DNA from: Eledone cirrhosa
Taxonomy: Eukaryota
Direction: 5' to 3'
Length of the DNA: 64,000 bases
Assembly (NCBI GenBank): GCA_964016885.1
Contig: OZ024742.1
Location: forward strand, 35,774,001-35,838,000
Shown: positions 59,850 to 64,000 of the stretch, piece after piece
Numbering within the stretch: position 1 is the stretch's first letter
How the letters are laid out: each line of letters starts with the position of its first letter
Position numbers and translations under genes: made by a program
Notes under the pieces: generated by a model
The model's input: the letters and a program-made list of their open reading frames with translations, nothing else
What the model was told of the DNA's origin: nothing
The model's database searches: none

Positions 59850-60420
59850 GATCTGTCTTGTCGGAATGGTTTCGATTTAGAACCATTTATCCGAACACAA
59901 AAACTCGGCTATTCGTATAGAGACATCAGGGCATCAAGAAGCTGATCATCGATCTCATACTCTTGCAGAACCTTCATGCCCTGTGGAACGCGGTAATATG
60001 CCTTTTTGAGGTCTATAAAGCGAGAATACACCTCTTTGCAATACTCCACGATTTCTCAAAGACCTGCCGCAGTGTGAATGTTTGGTCGACTGTGCTGTTC
60101 ATTAGCTAGCTTGGACTCGTCAATCTCCCTAAATCTCTTTGCCAGACACTTAGCATGGGCTTTGCCGAGGAGGCTTAACAAGAACATCCCTCTATAATTG
60201 AAGCAATCTCCTTTGTCTCCCTTTTTGAAAAATGGGATTATCTCTCCCGATTTCCAATGCTTAGGTGCCTTTCCAGAGATCCAGGCCATCCAGTACGCAC
60301 GAGTCAGCCAGAGAATACTTTCTCTATTCAAGGCTTTTAACATCTCAGGCCGAGTTTCATTCTCCCCAGTTTCCATTCCATGCTGTAAAAACTGGCAATA
60401 GGCCTGCGACCTATTTTGAG
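59850..60420 (-). pseudogene. Degraded LINE (RTE-like) reverse transcriptase fragment
   Basis: PKHWKSGEIIPFFKKGDKGDCFNYRGMFLLSLLGK. Confidence 0.8.
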
Positions 60421-61442
60421 AGGCGTGGGATGGACTCACAAATATTGCGTATCCTGAGACCCCAAAGAGGGTTCAGAAGGGAGAAAACCTTGGCAATCTT
60501 CAATAAATTAAATTACCAGTGATGCACTGGATCGTTTTGGTCGATATTCCCCTCCTATTCAAATTACTGGCCTTGTGACAAAAGTAGAAACTACTATTGA
60601 TATGGGCTATTTATCGTTAACCGGCAATAAATATTTTAATTTTACGATCAATTTATAAGGAATAATAGTTAATAAACGAACAGATTACATTTGTGATTTC
60701 TGGCACAAGGCCAGTAATTTTTTTTGTGGGGGGGGTCGATTAAAATCAACCCCAGTACGTTACTGGTGCTTATTTTATCGACCCCGTAAGTTTGAAAGGC
60801 AAAGTTAACCTCGGCGGGATTTGAACTCAGACCGTAAAGGACCGTAACTCTATGCTACACAGCATGATGTCCGACTCTACCGATACTGCCAATCCACCGC
60901 CCTCACAGATTACATTAAAGAAAGCATTTAAAGCTGGTTGTGCCCATCCTCCTCTCGGTTTGAACATTGCCGATTTCTTCCAGAGGAAGAGGGGGAGGAG
61001 GCGAGAGAGATGAACATATAACCCACAGTGGAATGGGGGTGAGCACATGTGAGCCTATAATCAGTATGTGCATAGATCGATAACACACGTCTATCATAAT
61101 TATTAAATTATAAACGTAAGCTAAAACCATACAATTATTACATGTTTACATACTTAGTTGGTTTAATGTTATAATTAATAATATATTACCTATGATTGTT
61201 TGTTTCTGTTATTATCTAAAGTAGCACTGCAGAACGGTCATGGGTAAATAATCCCCAATTTTCATTCATCAGAATTAGGCTTTGCTATGAAATTGTAATA
61301 TATTAATTATTTTAATTTCAAAATGTTTTGAAAGTTTTGTCGTAGTTTTAGTTACTTTTCTATATAAATAAATATGATTTTTCTCTTTAATATAAATGAA
61401 TGTGTGTACAAATATTAAAATATTTTCTACCTACATTAGCCA

Positions 61443-61507
61443 TTCAGACTGGCGCAGTGGGAGCATGCTGGCCCCAGATGTAAGTTAATCGAGACTAGGC
61501 TCTACTA
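61443..61507 (+). pseudogene. Decayed initiator tRNA-Met-like pseudogene lacking the anticodon loop
   Basis: CAGAcTGGCGCAGtGGgAGCaTGCTGG..CCAGAtGT....ATCGAgAC....CTCTaCTA resembles eukaryotic tRNAi-Met. Confidence 0.5.
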
Positions 61508-62095
61508 AATATTACTTTGTTATAATTTTTATCGTAAGACGTTTTCTATTGATGAAAGGGATGAGAAGAACCTTAATCAATATTACGATAACATTACAAT
61601 ATGTCATTCAAGTATGACAGCAATAATGTTGAACGTATTTCATTTTTTAGTTCAAGATTGGTATGCCATAAATATCGCGATTGTAGGATAAAGTACAATT
61701 ATGAAAACTGGGAAATGTGCGTTTAGATAAACCAGTGTTTTACATAAAAGAAACATTATACTTTTTGTTGATTAACGACATGTGGAAGGGATTAAAGATA
61801 AAAATGATATTTTAATAGTTTATTTCTGGGATATAATTACATAAATGTTCAGCGTATATGTAGAAATGATAGCAGGATTAAATATATGAGTAATTTTCAA
61901 AAAATAACTATTTAAAAAGAGGAAGGTAGGGCTAGAACCCAAGATCATGTAACTGAAAATAGAGAGATTTATGTTAGCAACATGCTTGAGATAGGAATTA
62001 CATTAGTGTATATGTCTATGTTTGAGGAAATTTTAAAGAGTTACAGACAGAAGAGTTTTTTATACTGTATATGTATATATATATATATATATATA

Positions 62096-62137
<42 letters not shown>

Positions 62138-62389
62138 AAAAAAGGGAAAAGAATTACTTCACTTGTAGTTCTAAACAATTTAATTTAATTTTGTAAAATC
62201 ATATAAAATTCAATTCAATTGTTTAGAACTACAAGTGAAGTCATTCTTTTCCTGTTTTAAAATATACCTAACAGCACCAAGGATTCCACACAATATATAT
62301 ATATATATATTGAGTATATGTTGGTTGTTTACCGACACCTCAGTATGCAGAATGGACCACTCGACGAAGTACGTGTGGTTAGAAAAAGC

Positions 62390-62647
62390 TATCTCACTTA
62401 CCGCTTTTCACAGGCGCCGCTAAATTCCACTGCAGGTACTCCTCTTCCACGTGCGTCCAACTGCTTAACACCGGGAGCTGCCCAAAACTCACGTCCACAC
62501 CGTGTGCTGGTCACCACTGGAGAGAGGCCCTCTGCTGGCCCTTCCGGTCGAGCATCCTTCCGGCCCAAAACCCCTTCCGGTCGATCACTCCACACACCCT
62601 TCCGGTCGAGCACTCCTCCGGCCACCGCACGCCACACCATACCCACA
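62390..62647 (-). mobile_element. Truncated 3' LTR of the Gypsy element
   Basis: Polypurine tract AGGGGGG then TG start just downstream of the integrase stop. Confidence 0.6.
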
Positions 62648-62660
62648 CGCCCCCCTGATC

Positions 62661-64000
62661 TCAAGCATCAATTTCCCCCTCATCCCTCTGCATATGAAAG
62701 TCTGCTGTCCAGGTCGGTGGTCTACGACTTCGTTGCGATCTTCGTAGTATTGGGGCAGAGCTCTGGGTTTCCACCTCATCTTGGGTTTCCTCTTCCTCGG
62801 AGTCCGTCGACACAGTGATTCTTCTTACATCCAGGACATGACGTGGTACCCCGTCCACGGACTCATTGTTCTTTGAATTTACGGCCGTCACCGTTCCCCT
62901 TCCCCATTGAGATGTGCAACGTGCATCTGGGGGCTTAACCCAGACTTCTTCGCCCACCTGCACGAATGCACTCTCTCTCCCCACTGGCCGTTGTGGTGGC
63001 GTGCACGGGTGCCGCCACTCGTATTTGAATACTGCTCTATGTGGAACTGATTCCTCGACCTGTCCAACCCGAGGGGACATATTGTACCAGAACACTGCCT
63101 CCATTGGTGAGATATGGCCCCGCTCCGCCATTGCCTTGATCGTCCGGTGGTGTCGCTCCACGATTCCATTCCCGCTCGGCCTGTGCGCCGCTCTGAAGAA
63201 ACGGTCCACCTTCCATCCATCGAGCATCTCCCTCAGTGCCTCCGAGCGGAACGCTGCGCTGTTGTCCATCAGCAGTTCGTCCACATGGCCCCGCTCCAAG
63301 AACACCTCTCTCAACGTCCGCACGATTTCCTCGGCCGTTCCAGTCTTCATCTCCCTCCATATCGCCATTCGACCTGGTCCACAGTCGACCATCGAGAGGT
63401 ACGTTCCCTGCCGGTAGTGCGTCACATCCACCGCTAATCGCTTCCAGTCGCGATCCACCGGGAGGCTTCCCGTTTCGTGTACACCCGGGGCGGGATCAAT
63501 GGACTGACATCGGACGCAGCCTCTAACCACCCCTCGAACACTGTGTCTGCTAACGTCCGAGTCAATTCTCCTGGCTAGGAACAGGCTCCTATCCACCCCC
63601 ATGTGGTGCATGTCATGCAACCCCTTCAGGTCTAACTCGGTCAGCCGACACACGGAAGCTATCTCATCCTCTACCTCCTCCGGCGCTTCCATCCAGGCTT
63701 TCTTCACTCTAGTTAAGATGTCCGCCCTATTTTTCTCTGAGGGCACGAATACTACGCTCAGCTTCAGGTCGAACTCGGTGGCCAGCTCTCCTAACGTTCC
63801 CAGGCGGCGCTTTATCAGCATCTCCGCCGCGCCTCTCGCTCGCACTCTCTTCTCACTGGTGAGCACTGATCTTACCCATCCGAGTACAGTAGCCGAGTCG
63901 GTGCGTATCTCGATGGTTCGCAGCCCCCACCGCAGGGCGAGGTTCACCCCTCTCAACACCGCGTCCAGCTCGGCCACATTGATGTGGCTGCAGTCGTCCT
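62661..64000 (-). CDS. Ty3/Gypsy-type pol: RNase H plus integrase (open frame runs off the window)
   Basis: AELDAV..TDS..N.AD.L (RNase H); H..HH.G...C..C zinc finger; VDV, MDN, GIVERHHRTIK (DDE); integrase follows RNase H. Confidence 0.92.
   Translation of the reverse strand, partial: DDCSHINVAELDAVLRGVNLALRWGLRTIEIRTDSATVLGWVRSVLTSEKRVRARGAAEMLIKRRLGTLGELATEFDLKLSVVFVPSEKNRADILTRVKKAWMEAPEEVEDEIASVCRLTELDLKGLHDMHHMGVDRSLFLARRIDSDVSRHSVRGVVRGCVRCQSIDPAPGVHETGSLPVDRDWKRLAVDVTHYRQGTYLSMVDCGPGRMAIWREMKTGTAEEIVRTLREVFLERGHVDELLMDNSAAFRSEALREMLDGWKVDRFFRAAHRPSGNGIVERHHRTIKAMAERGHISPMEAVFWYNMSPRVGQVEESVPHRAVFKYEWRHPCTPPQRPVGRESAFVQVGEEVWVKPPDARCTSQWGRGTVTAVNSKNNESVDGVPRHVLDVRRITVSTDSEEEETQDEVETQSSAPILRRSQRSRRPPTWTADFHMQRDEGEIDA

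Overview
Gene-free, repeat-saturated animal DNA, probably from an octopus-like cephalopod; that assignment is inferred from the SINE family and microsatellite load. I see no host protein-coding gene. The window holds a decayed Tx1/L1-type LINE (4.06-10.13 kb), several Penelope-like element (PLE) fragments, a Gypsy integrase/LTR end, CRE and RTE fragments, two MITEs, about 14 copies of a tRNA-derived SINE and many microsatellites. The main hidden signal is RNA structure. More than 20 hammerhead ribozyme (HHR) motifs from about 12 sequence families can be read by eye, nearly all in short modules embedded in (TA)n. These include 466-469 bp tandem retrozyme-like arrays with a compensatory change in stem II, and three families with the U3-A8 core variant. 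The most striking is a 102-nt motif at 18361-18462 (+) and 24101-24202 (-). It has all HHR core nucleotides in a non-circularly permuted, double-pseudoknotted strand order, supported by covariation, with a predicted kink-turn. All folds were derived by hand; none was computed or tested.
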